From positions 1,084,201 through 1,148,200 of the forward strand of contig NC_092679.1 in assembly GCF_964355755.1 (NCBI RefSeq): a stretch of 64,000 bases of DNA, in the 5' to 3' direction. This document shows positions 53,384 through 64,000 of the stretch, piece by piece (the stretch's first letter is position 1; every line of letters begins with the position of its first letter). The DNA comes from Antedon mediterranea (lineage: Eukaryota > Animalia > Echinodermata). The notes under the pieces were generated by a model. That model searched no databases and was not told the DNA's origin. It saw only the letters and a list, made by a program, of their open reading frames with translations. The position numbers and the translations under genes were made by a program.

Positions 53384-54577
53384 TTAGTAGGTTTGGTAAC
53401 AAGATAAATAAAGGATTTTTATATGCTTTCTAAATGAATTTACAGTATATAAATGATTGATGGCAGTTGAATCTAGATTATTCCAATACGTTGGTCCTAA
53501 ATAAGTAATAAAAAACTGGCTTTTTCTAAGTTTAACAAATGGAACATACAATTTATGTGGATTTCTTATGTTATAGGTATGATCTAATAAACGATTTGAA
53601 AATAACATTGAAACAGACTTTGGTAGTAAACCAGTAACATATTCAAACATAAAAGAAGTAACTTGAAGTTTATGAAGGTCATATATTTTTAAAATTTATA
53701 TATATATTATTATTCCGGATGTTATTTCAAGATTTATGTGATTTGTATAAAAATGATCAATAAGAGTCGCACTATTTGTTGTAATTCTGGTTGGTTTCGA
53801 AATAGTAGGAAAAAAAGAATTTAATAAAATAGTATTTAGATAATTATTTATATGATTATGGTTATGAAATTTAATAAGGTCAATATTAAAATCTCCCATT
53901 ATATTACAATATTTATTTTCAGAATTTACTTTAGTTAGTAGGTCATTTATTATTGTAGAGAAGGTATCAATATTGGAATCCGGTGGTCTATAGATAATGC
54001 CAATAATAGAATTTTTCTTATTTTTATGAATGATTTCTATAAATAGTGAGTCACATATTTCTTTTGGCAATATTAAGTCATTTCTGATATTATAATTAAT
54101 ATGGTTTTTAACAAACAAGCCAACACCACCTCCTGTTTTATTGCCAATGCGATCACTAGATAAAAAAGTATAATTATGAAGAAATGGATGCATTTTGCTT
54201 TCATTCAACCAGGTTTCAGAAAGGCCAATTATGCTGAATTTTAAGTTAATAGAGTGTACGAGTTCGTTAAGTTTATCAAATTTATTAGATACACTTCTGA
54301 TGTTAAGATGTAATAGAGATAGGTGATTACTATCTGGTAATTTGCCAGTAAAATTATTAAATATATTGATATCATGATATTTGCAATTATCAAGCGTGGA
54401 TGACCTTAAATTAAGATGATCTATTAACATGTTGGATTGTTGGTCGAATTTTAGGTCGTTATCTATCAGAGGATTAAAATCAGCATTATTTATTTCTGGA
54501 GGTATATCTGATGCATGTAATTCATCAGAATAATCTATATCGTGGAATGGAAGTTGAGAAAAAGTTGTATACATCAT
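53384..54577 (-). pseudogene. LINE ORF2 remnant: intact APE endonuclease joined in frame to the C-terminal tail across one TAA
   Basis: HLNIRS, LSETWL, GGGVGLFV, IYRPP, GDFNID, LIDHFY, then directly ILKIYDL..YNIRN..GPTYWNNL; no YADD/RT motifs. Confidence 0.85.
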
Positions 54578-54949
54578 ATTAATTGTACAGTATCATAAAT
54601 ATAAATGTAATGACGTGCATATAAATTTATAGTTGCGCTTTTATAAAACCGACATGTCGAGAAAAATAAAATAATAGGTAATATTAACATTAAAATAATA
54701 AATATAATAATTATAATAATGACATTATATATTATTAATAACAATTTGACAATATAATCTTGCATAATTCTTATACATTTCTATCTACCTAGCTCCTTAG
54801 TAGATTTATAACACAAATTTTCATCTTTCTTAATACTAGCTCTTAATTTTCTTGTGATATAATAATATTAATATTAATTTAAAATTAAAGAATAAGCATC
54901 AATTGAATCAATATCACCTTTTAATGTTTATTTTGTTGTTATTGTTTAA

Positions 54950-55754
54950 TCACTTGTATGGTTTCCCATTTATGAAAAGTTTACCATTTTTAAATGATGG
55001 GCGTTTACCCTCACTGAACGCTTTAGCCATAATGTCTTTCAGTTCATATTTCTTTCGAACATCCACTGCCGGCAGATCTTCCATAACGTAAAAAGTATCT
55101 ACCTTATTTTTTCTAGCCATACGAAGTACAGCAGATCTCTGCGGCCTATAAATAAACTTAACAATGATATGTCTCGGTTTAGTATCACGGCCTTCGTTTC
55201 TTATTCTGCCTGTTCTGTGAGCATTTTCAATTGATATGTTGTTTAGTTTAAGTTTATCTTCTAATAGTCCTTGCACAAGCCGAAGTGGGTCCTCTCCTGT
55301 TTTTTCATCAATACCACCGAATCTGAGATTGTAGCTTCTGGAATGTCGTTCTATTCGCAGTAATTCAGCTTCCATGTTAACTAACTTTTCCTCCTTGGAT
55401 TTGAGGTCAGTTTTAATCTGTTCAACATACGTAGCTAGTTTACTTGTTTCAGCTTTCATTTCATCATTGGATTTGCTGTAAAATTCCAAAGATTCTTCGA
55501 TGATTACTTGCTTTTTTTCCAAGTTATCCATTCGATTTAATAGAGCATGTTGGCCTTGTTTAAGCGAGTCTATACCATCGTCGATTTTGTTGTTTATGTC
55601 CGATGCGAAACAACGTAACTCAGCACGTAAGGCATTTAGTGACGTATCAACAGCTGTTTCTTTACCGGGAGTTTCTACATGCTTGCTACGCTCGCGGCGG
55701 GGCTCTGCTTTACCGGCATCATTATTTATTCTCTCTGTTTTTCTTGTATTCATA
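54950..55754 (-). CDS. LINE ORF1p (coiled coil plus L1-type RRM and CTD)
   Basis: Open ORF with SRSYNLRFGGIDE, IENAHRTG, KPRHIIVKF, MEDLP, KLFING. Confidence 0.85.
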
Positions 55755-55816
55755 GTCAAAATACCAGTCAAACTTGACAATATCTAGCTACAAGTTTAAT
55801 ATTCATGCTGTCTGTG

Positions 55817-55839
55817 CATGGAGGTATTATACCTCCATG
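55817..55839. repeat. 23-bp palindrome with 7-bp direct repeat (putative footprint)
   Basis: gtctgtg-CATGGAGGTATTATACCTCCATG-gtctgtg. Confidence 0.85.
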
Positions 55840-57469
55840 GTCTGTGTATATATATTTAATTTTAGGTTAGTTTCGTAGCCGATTTAACTTAAGACCGAAA
55901 TAGTTCATATGCGGCCGAAATACTATCTTGTTGGATGCAGCATGCCCAAGTAAGCCTACAGGAGGCCTACTTCCCCTTATTATTTATTAATTAGGCCTAA
56001 AAATAATGGTAGCCTAACTACTAAAGGCCTACAAACTGGTCAATGACAGGCTAGGCCTAGCCTAGGGTTCTTCAGTTCTACCTACCTAAGTCAATTTCAT
56101 ACGAAAAAAACACTGATGAGAGGCCTAGAATTCTTCGTCAACTTCGATTCTCTCTGTGTGTGACTCGACTCGTCGTCAGCTGACGCGTTTTGCGAGGAGC
56201 GCAAAAAAGACCGTTGCTGATATATAGATGGCGCTATTAATTTTGTGTTCATGAAGTTTTTCAACCACCAAGATACAGAATTAACCACGGAGTAATATAA
56301 GAATTACAGTTACATGATTTACTATGCCGTAAAGCAGTGTTGTTTTTTCCATCAAATGTGTTTATTCAGTAAAATGTAAAGAATCGCTACATTTTTCATC
56401 GAAACTTCATGGATGAACAGGTAAAGTAGCTATTAATTAGAAACATTTTGAGAAAAAAAAGAAATCTGTGTCTGTGACGTATCCGCAAATTTTTATATTT
56501 CACCATGTACTCTCGTACAATATGTAACTGCAGCTCCTATTATAATGAAGGCATTAGCACTGTCAACATATTACATTGGTTATTAATTCAAAATACAGAT
56601 TACGTAACATGGTAGGCCTATTATCTTTTGATATCGTTTGTATAAAGTAAATACATTCAGAGCTACTGTGCCTATGTATGTACTGCAAACATATTTAGTA
56701 TAGTATATATAAAATTAATTATTATATTAATCCAAATACAATACTGAAAAAAAACTACAATATTGTGGATACTGTATCAGCTGGAATCGCCAAAAAAAAC
56801 CCCAATAAAACGATAAAATAAAATTAAAAGAATGTGTTAAGTACGGGAGCCCGTTCGGGCCACTGGTTAACGTAATTATATTTTAAAGAATCGTTCTGAC
56901 GGACGTCACTTTATCTGGCGCCCCCACATAATTATCTGGCCGTCCACTAAATTCTCATAAACACCAACCCATAGCTTAACCAAGCTCAAGATAGGCAAAA
57001 TAGGATATTACCCAATAGGCCTACCTATATAAAGTGTAAATTATATTATAAATTATATATTAAATGTATGCTTTTTATGATGGTTTTTGCACACGGTACT
57101 TAATGGAGAACACGTCAAACAACAACCGAGACTATGTAAACTGTGATATATATATAAACTTTATTTAGACACGAGACTGATGTGCAGTTCAATCAATATT
57201 GATTGTTTTTACACAAGTTCGTGATACTGTATTACAAAAAAAACCAACACCATATAAATACGACAAAAACGATAGAAAAAATTGAAATTGAAAAGAAACA
57301 AAATTACAGCAGTGTATTGGTTTCTTTCATTTTTAATTGAATAAAACAAAAACCAATTAATATTTGAAATTATTAAAATACGCTACTAAAAAGGAATACA
57401 ATCATTCTTTCTTTCTTCGATTACTTAATTAATTAATATTAACTTAATCTATAATATTAATAAATAATT

Positions 57470-60400
57470 TTAAACAGAAAAAAATATGTAACAGAAGGTT
57501 GCAACACCCAATATTACAACTAGGTTGATATTGAGGAATATTTTCGCTCTTTTGTCCTGTTTGAGTGTATTTATCTTTTTCAATCTGTCCTCATACTTTT
57601 GATTTTCCAAACGTCCTTTGACAGAGTCATCAAAACCACAGAACCAATCATATCCTTTCTTACAGCATGAGACCTCCTTCCTAATTTCAACCACAGCACC
57701 TACAAAAGAAAAACGCAAAATGCAGGTATCATAAGGAACGCGTTTAGAGATACGGGACGACGTTCGGGAAACTGTTAAATTGTATGTCCTAAACTGCGCC
57801 CCGTATTACAAGCGTCTCACGTGCACAACGCATGAGAAACGTATAATAAGACATATTTATACTATACTAGTTAATTACCATTACTCAGGCTTTCCGTGTT
57901 TTCAAGCTCAATTCCGTCTTCTTCATACGGCGGTGGTTCACCATCATCAGGGCGTTTGACGGTGCTGTATCGAGTCCAATAAGTTGTACGAATTACCTAT
58001 CGAAAATAATATACAATGTTGTAGATAAGCCTACGCACACAAGTTATTAAAAAATGTCAATATATATATATAACCAATGGCTATGACTAACATTTTGAAT
58101 AGTGCCCTCTATATTTTGAAATATTTTCAAAATATTATAGCGCCCTCTACAAGTTGGACATGATTTCATAATTATAAAAGCTCCCAATATTTCATTTTTC
58201 AAAGTTGGAAGCATATTTGATTACTTAACTTACATTTGGTGAAATGGCTTTAAAACAAAAATCAATCATCTTTACTTTAAATATTGCGACATTGAAATAC
58301 TAACTTGGAATTGTTCAGGAGGCTCGGTAAGAAGACTCACGATAATGTTTACCAAAACGGTGACGACAAACAAAATCAACGCAAAATACATGTAATGTAC
58401 TTTGGCTGTTATGGCGGGGCGATGGTCCTCTCCCCAACATGGTGGTGATCTCCAAGTCCAGTCCAAAATCATACGAATAATACCAGTGACAAAACCCGCC
58501 ATCAAACTCCAAAAAGCGCCCTTATAAATAAAAAATATAAGTTTTTAGTCAATTATAGGCTGGGCATTAAAAAAATTACCAAAAATAATTATGTTAAAAT
58601 AAAATTCACGATTTAATTATAAGGTCCTACTTTTTCATTTCCTCTGGGCCACAGGACAGCTACGAGATAAACCGCGGCGATAGGTGGAGCCAGGTAGGAT
58701 CCTATTTCTTGCAGATAGAAAAAGATCTGACCACTTTGCATATCTTTGAGGACAGGGATAAGAAGGACACTGATGACCACCATCACTATGACTATGAATC
58801 TGTAAGTAAACATATGGTACCAAGTAAGATACTTAGCTACAGTAAAGTATTGAGTTATTGTGACGTATTGAGTTATTGTGACGTATTGAGTGACGTATTT
58901 GAGTTATTGTGGGTAAAAAGCTAATAAACCGACTTCTACTATACCACACATACTATATTACTACACTCCGAATGTCAGAACAATGCCTCTCTTTGCTTTA
59001 TAAAAAAATAATTTAATACCTTCCAACAATCATGAGCTCTCTGATTGATGGTTCCTTTTTGAAACATCTAATGCGAAAAACCTTCCAAATATCAATCGTG
59101 AACAAGGTACTAGTGCTGTTGAATATCGACGTAAGGTCACTCATCAGTGCCGCAAGCATTACGGCAAGCATTATACCACGAAAACCTGTCAATCAATCAA
59201 TCAACCAATCAATCAATCACTTAATCAATCAATAATTAATGTTAATCGCGCTTAGTTTGGGTATGCTACCAGAGAGGACGGAAACAATAACGAGTTTTCG
59301 TTTCTACGGTAAACGAAAGAGAGACGGAACACACATTTCTATTCCACTCGTCACGGTTTGTCTGTCTCCTCTTCGTCTACCGTCACCGTCACAATTCAGC
59401 CAAGTTAAGCTTGGTTCTCACTAGGACGCAACGCAATGACGTAGAAGCAACGCAAACGAGTTCGCCAATGGCATGGGACAGTCGAATAAAATCCATCGCT
59501 TTTGATTGGTCAAATCCCTACGTTGTGTTACGTCGTTGTGTTGCGTCTCTAGCGGGAACCAAGCATTAGGCCGCAAGGCACGACGGGGATTTCCACAGTC
59601 ACATCTTCCAAAAACGTCTTACGTTGGACGCGTTCTCAGTGAGAATAAAAATAATCAATTTTGCTAACCTGCTGGTAATAGGCCTAGCACCAGTTTAGGG
59701 TACGCAATGTTACTACATCCAGTTGAACTTCCACATATCTCCATGCAGGTTTCGGCTGAAGCACACGCTACTTCGTCTACAAAATAAACGTTAACTGCGA
59801 TAAATCTACTACTATGCTGGCGTTTTATCTATATTGAAAAAGGCAATTTATTATATATCTGGCTTTGATCGGATAAATCACGATGCGATGCCAGTAACAG
59901 AAAATAGTACAAAGCTGACGCATTATATCAGCTTATTATCGTGCGTATGCGCGCGTAACGTGACTTTAACGTCGGTATGAATCATAATAAGTTTCCGACA
60001 TAGAACGTACCTGTGTACAGGACACGGCTCACCATTCCCGGTATTACCATGATAAACAGTGGAAGAAGTTTGATGTAACTCGCGAAAAGACAACCGCCTT
60101 GAGCATGTGAAAGGCTTTTGGCAGCCAGTACTCGCTGTACCATCATCTACAAATTAGGTAATTAAACCAGAATAGCGAGTTAGAAACATGTGCAAAAAAT
60201 GAATATATAATATTGAAAAAAATAACATAATATTGCTACTACAGTTGTTTTGAGAATCGTGACAAGACACGGGATTTGAACCCAGGATTCTGACAGTTAC
60301 AACCACCAAGCTCGATTACCACACACGTGCTTCGTTACTAGAATAACAACAGAGTATACAGTATGAGCGTGGTTGCCGAGGTGGCACGCAAAGCGGGACG

Positions 60401-63400
60401 CGCGTACATCCAACGCAAGTGTTTACTAATCACAATTAACGCGACACTAATCCCTTTTCAGGAACTGTGATTGGTTGCTTTACAGCAGGCGACGAGAAAG
60501 ACATACCTGATCCGCGCACCAATACCAGATAGAAGCTGGAGTTTTACCCAGAAGGAATCCAATCCAAGGTATGTCAGAGTTCCATGGATCCCTCAACATC
60601 TGCCAAGCGTCCTCACGCGGATATCCACACGTGGAGTTGGGTGAATTCAATGTTTCGTTAGGAATAGCTTTCATGTACTCTATCTTCAGATTTTCATATC
60701 CACCAACTTCTTTCAAACCTGCAAATTCAGACAAAAATGATGATTATTGAATGTTTAATGGTTGAGCAGAACGTATCGCGAAAATAACATTAAAAAGCTT
60801 GCTCCCCACTTGGACGGCGAGCGACTCATTTTCTTTGCGCCTTCTACGTCATTCCGATACGTCCAAGTGGGAACCAAGCTTAAAGACGTGAATATTGGCC
60901 TATGCGCTTTCGTCTTTGCCGCCATGACTTTCAATTGACAATAAGTAAGCTGTACGATTGCCGTAAATATTTACTTACGTCGCCGTCATCCACTTTTAAT
61001 CTTCACTTCCAGGTCCTTGGATATAGGTACTGAGATAGAGGTCCTTAGATAGAGGTACTGCTAGCAGTAGCTGTGTATAAAATCTCGGCAGCAGCCGAAG
61101 TATGATGATGGCGTCTATCTTAATTCAAATATAAAAAATATAGGGACGACCAGAGATCACACAGATTCCAGGGCAAAGACCTGAAGATTATCGCAACAAC
61201 TCATTTTTATATTGATCAGGCGATGCAAACAAAAATGTTCATAGGATTCTTGAAAAAGTTGATAGAACTTGGAAGCAGTCGTTCTTTTTGACACATTTGA
61301 ATTTAAAACCATGCTTAAGTACCAGTTTAAGTACTTACTTAATATCATCACAGCAGTAGCCCCACAGATCATGATAAAGAACTGCAAAGTGTCGGTGAGC
61401 ATTACAGCCGCCAAACCACCTAGAAACAACGTATGATGCATGTTTTTAGACTAAACAAACAATATAATATAGAGACACACGGGGCGCCGTTTGGGACATG
61501 TAATAGCTGTATTGTAACAAAAGTATAATGTCCCAAACGGCGCCCCGTAATACGGAGCCTGTCTAATACTTTATAATGTTCTGGACGGGGTTTTTGATTC
61601 CCACGTTAGCGCATCGCATGTATTTGACCAATCACGACGCAAAGGATGATTGAACTATCACTTGTGATTGGTCAACTCACTTACGCTGGGCTTATGACGC
61701 GTCGTTGCGTTGCATCGCAGCGGGAACCAAGCTTTATGGATAGCCTACCTGTAACTGTACATAAAGCTGTTATTCCAAGAAGAGCGATAATCGACACGTA
61801 AATATTCCATCCAAGTGCTTGCTGAATAAATAGTGCACCGGAATATATGTCAATCTGTATAAAGAGTAGACAAAAAATATTACTCCGCGTGGCGTGCATA
61901 ACAACCAAAATGTTGAGATATTTTCAAATTGTTCTTATTGGTTAAGTTAGTGGGTCTTTAAACTATATCCTTGTTACTACAATATGGCCTAACTCACTAA
62001 AACTCATATTATTTGTAACCTCAGAATTTGCAACTCATCTAATTGCAACCTTACAACAACTTTGGTGACGACCAACTCGGGAATCTGTAAAAAAGTTTCC
62101 AGTGTAGACTTTTACTAGCAGAAAAGACGGTTGGTAGAATATGTTGTATGGATGTCTTACCGATATTTTTGCAAGAATATACAACAACAATGAAAGAAAC
62201 GCCAGGTAAACACGAATCCTTTGCCCTCCATACCGTTTCTTCATGTATTCAGGCAAAGTATTAATCTGAAAGAAAAACAAACGTTAGGCCTATTATTACA
62301 GTATATATTATTATTACTGCCTTTCCGCTGAAAAGTCTGCCGACATTTCCGCTTGAGCTGCTCCGTAAATCTCTTTACCAGTTTCTTCCAGTCTGATCTT
62401 TCATTGGCTAGTTCTTTAAGTTGTTTCATGTCTTTCTTGGTTTTCAATTGTCCGGGATACTTAAACGTCTGCGTTATGCTTATAAAGGGTGAGTAGGTCG
62501 TTGCTGAGAGTTATTGGTAGGGTGGTTCTCGGTCTTCCTCGAAATTTTATATTGGTAGTGTTGCTGAAATAATAGCTTATTGCTGTGTTGGCTGCTGTAC
62601 ATGGGTCTTGTCTAAGTATGTGACCTAATAGTCTCCATCTTGCGTCCACTATTTCTAATGAAATCGGTTTTGTTCCTGTCCTGTATAAATATTTATGTTC
62701 GATATCCTGTCTGGGAACCTGATACCTATGATTTTGCGAAGTTGCTATCTGTGAAATGTGTCGAGTTTATGTGCTTCTTCTTTTGTGAGTCCCCATGTTT
62801 TAGAGTTGTATAGTAATATACTTTTAACTAGTGAGTTGTACAGCTTGATACGTATTTTTAATTTAATTTTATCTTTTCGAAGCCACATCGAGTTTAGTTT
62901 GGTCATTGCTACACGCGCTAGTTGTTTTCTTCTAATTATGTCTTGTCCAAGGAGCGATTCTACGTTAGGCCTATAAAGTTTTAAATTACAACTACTGTGA
63001 AGAACGTATGTTTGAAAGACAAATACAGAGATACTTACCCCACTCGCGATGTACACTGGCAAAAACACCCATCCAGTGAGCTGTAGCAGAATGCACGCCT
63101 GTAATTCAATAATTGACAATTTAGTTAGCTGTATTATTTTGTTTTATTTCATTACTGTGCCAAGCAATATGATTGTTTTCTTTGGAGAAAAAAAGGCATA
63201 ATTACGTTGAGCTCGAATGCCCCGACACCAATACCAGAAGCTGCCCCAGATCCAGCTAAACCAATAAAATGCTCAGTACCAATGTTACTGACAAACAGTG
63301 ACGCACCAACCTATATAAAAAACAGGGCATTTTATTTTTGATAAAAACTTTGAAGAATCAAGACGGAGGTATAACCTCCATAGATTAACGAAGACAAAAA

Positions 63401-63992
63401 ATGAGAAAAATGATAGGATGGAGCATGGATTAAGGAATATTCCTTAATCCATGGATGGGGATAAAATGAACAGCGGTCTCTGAGTACCTGAAAGATAACA
63501 GTTGGGAGAGGTGGAACGAAGATGGAAATTGAAAATGAATCAGCGAGTTTTTTATTTCTAAAAGCTAAAGGGAAAGTGAAAAACATAGAATTAAAATATA
63601 TATTAGGCTTTACAAATATTTTGTTTCAATTATCATTCAATGTAAGTCACCTTTTGACATCTATTATGAATGTATATCTATAAAGTGATTTTTGTTTGAT
63701 TGATTGATTTAGCAGGCTTTTTTGCGAACATTAAAGCGTATTGCGCCTACAATATAATGTGCTGGTACGGTATATACGCTACCGTATGCAGTTAGCAGAT
63801 CAATTAATGCCAACACTCCTCGAGGTCGAGAAAATGTAGCACAATGAACATAAAAATGTAAGCACGTGATTTTTCACAAAAGAGGACACAATATTGCACA
63901 CGGGACACAATTGCACTTACCGGGAGCCAGAACATACTACGACCAGCAAGAAAGTAACCGGAAACCGTCCCACGATTCGATCTACACAAAGA
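57470..63992 (-). CDS. SLC5 sodium/myo-inositol or sodium/glucose cotransporter (SMIT-like); first exon lies right of the window
   Basis: 14 exons: 63921-63992 (GYFLAGRSM), 63206-63310 ([21 protein letters not shown]), 63039-63098, 62161-62265, 61749-61854, 61339-61419, 60507-60718 ([12 protein letters not shown]), 60011-60146 (VQRVLAAK), 59669-59776, 59020-59185, 58631-58799, 58305-58520, 57879-57996, 57470-57699. Confidence 0.95.
59408..59565. mobile_element. Harbinger MITE family B
   Basis: TIR AGCTTGGTTCTCACTAG / CTAGCGGGAACCAAGCA, TTA TSD. Confidence 0.8.
60262..60332 (-). mobile_element. tRNA-like SINE head remnant
   Basis: B-box GGGTTCAAATCCC; degenerate A-box. Confidence 0.4.
60796..60880. 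mobile_element. Harbinger MITE family B, 85-bp copy
   Basis: AGCTTGCTCCCCACTTGGACG / CGTCCAAGTGGGAACCAAGCT-TAA. Confidence 0.75.
61479..61548. mobile_element. 70-bp MITE with perfect 21-bp TIR; decayed relative at ~57732-57806
   Basis: ACGGGGCGCCGTTTGGGACAT / ATGTCCCAAACGGCGCCCCGT. Confidence 0.75.
61592..61733. mobile_element. Harbinger MITE family B, degenerate left end
   Basis: ..GCGGGAACCAAGCT-TTA and internal TTGACCAATCAC/GTGATTGGTCAA inverted repeat, shared with 59408-59565. Confidence 0.65.
62294..62961 (-). mobile_element. 5'-truncated RTE-clade LINE with 13-bp TSD
   Basis: Peptide remnants [47 protein letters not shown]; (TAA)n tail; ACGTTAGGCCTAT at 62281-62293 and 62962-62974. 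Confidence 0.88.
63424..63453. repeat. Perfect 30-bp palindrome with 7-bp direct repeat (putative footprint)
   Basis: gatggag-CATGGATTAAGGAATATTCCTTAATCCATG-gatgggg. Confidence 0.8.
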
Positions 63993-64000
63993 CTGTTTGT

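Larger units (their letters stand above)
53105..55920 (-). mobile_element. L2/CR1-group (Crack/Daphne-like) LINE with internal deletion of the RT
   Basis: ORF1, APE endonuclease, ORF2 C-terminal tail, 3' UTR with AATAAA and (TTGAA)n tail at 53105-53157; 5' boundary approximate. Confidence 0.88.

Overview
AT-rich, intron-rich animal genomic DNA. The repeat content and TAGGCCTA-rich introns suggest an echinoderm-type invertebrate deuterostome (inference). I assembled eight spliced protein-coding genes by hand from GT-AG exons with consistent reading phases: phospholipase C-beta (minus, runs off the left edge), PCMT1 (minus), BBOF1/CCDC176 (minus) head-to-head with SPATA7 (plus), SNX5/6 (minus) head-to-head with MGME1 (plus), a C2H2 plus MULE-type DNA-binding-domain gene (minus), and an SMIT/SGLT-type SLC5 transporter (minus, runs off the right edge). 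Introns carry many mobile elements: about 11 copies of a PIF/Harbinger MITE, pogo-, hAT-, Ginger- and Kolobok-like MITEs, two Helentron-type HINEs, tRNA-SINEs, an RT-less L2/CR1-group LINE and a 5'-truncated RTE. The most unusual signals are: (1) six 20-30 bp CA...TG palindromes flanked by 7-bp direct repeats, read as P-superfamily excision footprints or ultra-short mobile units; (2) a PCMT1 locus able to encode both an N-terminal hydrophobic leader and an alternatively spliced KMEL tail, i.e. a candidate ER-resident repair enzyme; (3) a 21-bp minisatellite that starts exactly at a PLC-beta 5' splice site and repeats the donor about 50 times; (4) a LINE with intact ORF1 and endonuclease but an in-frame deletion of the reverse transcriptase. 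All gene and family calls rest on recalled motifs; no database search was run.
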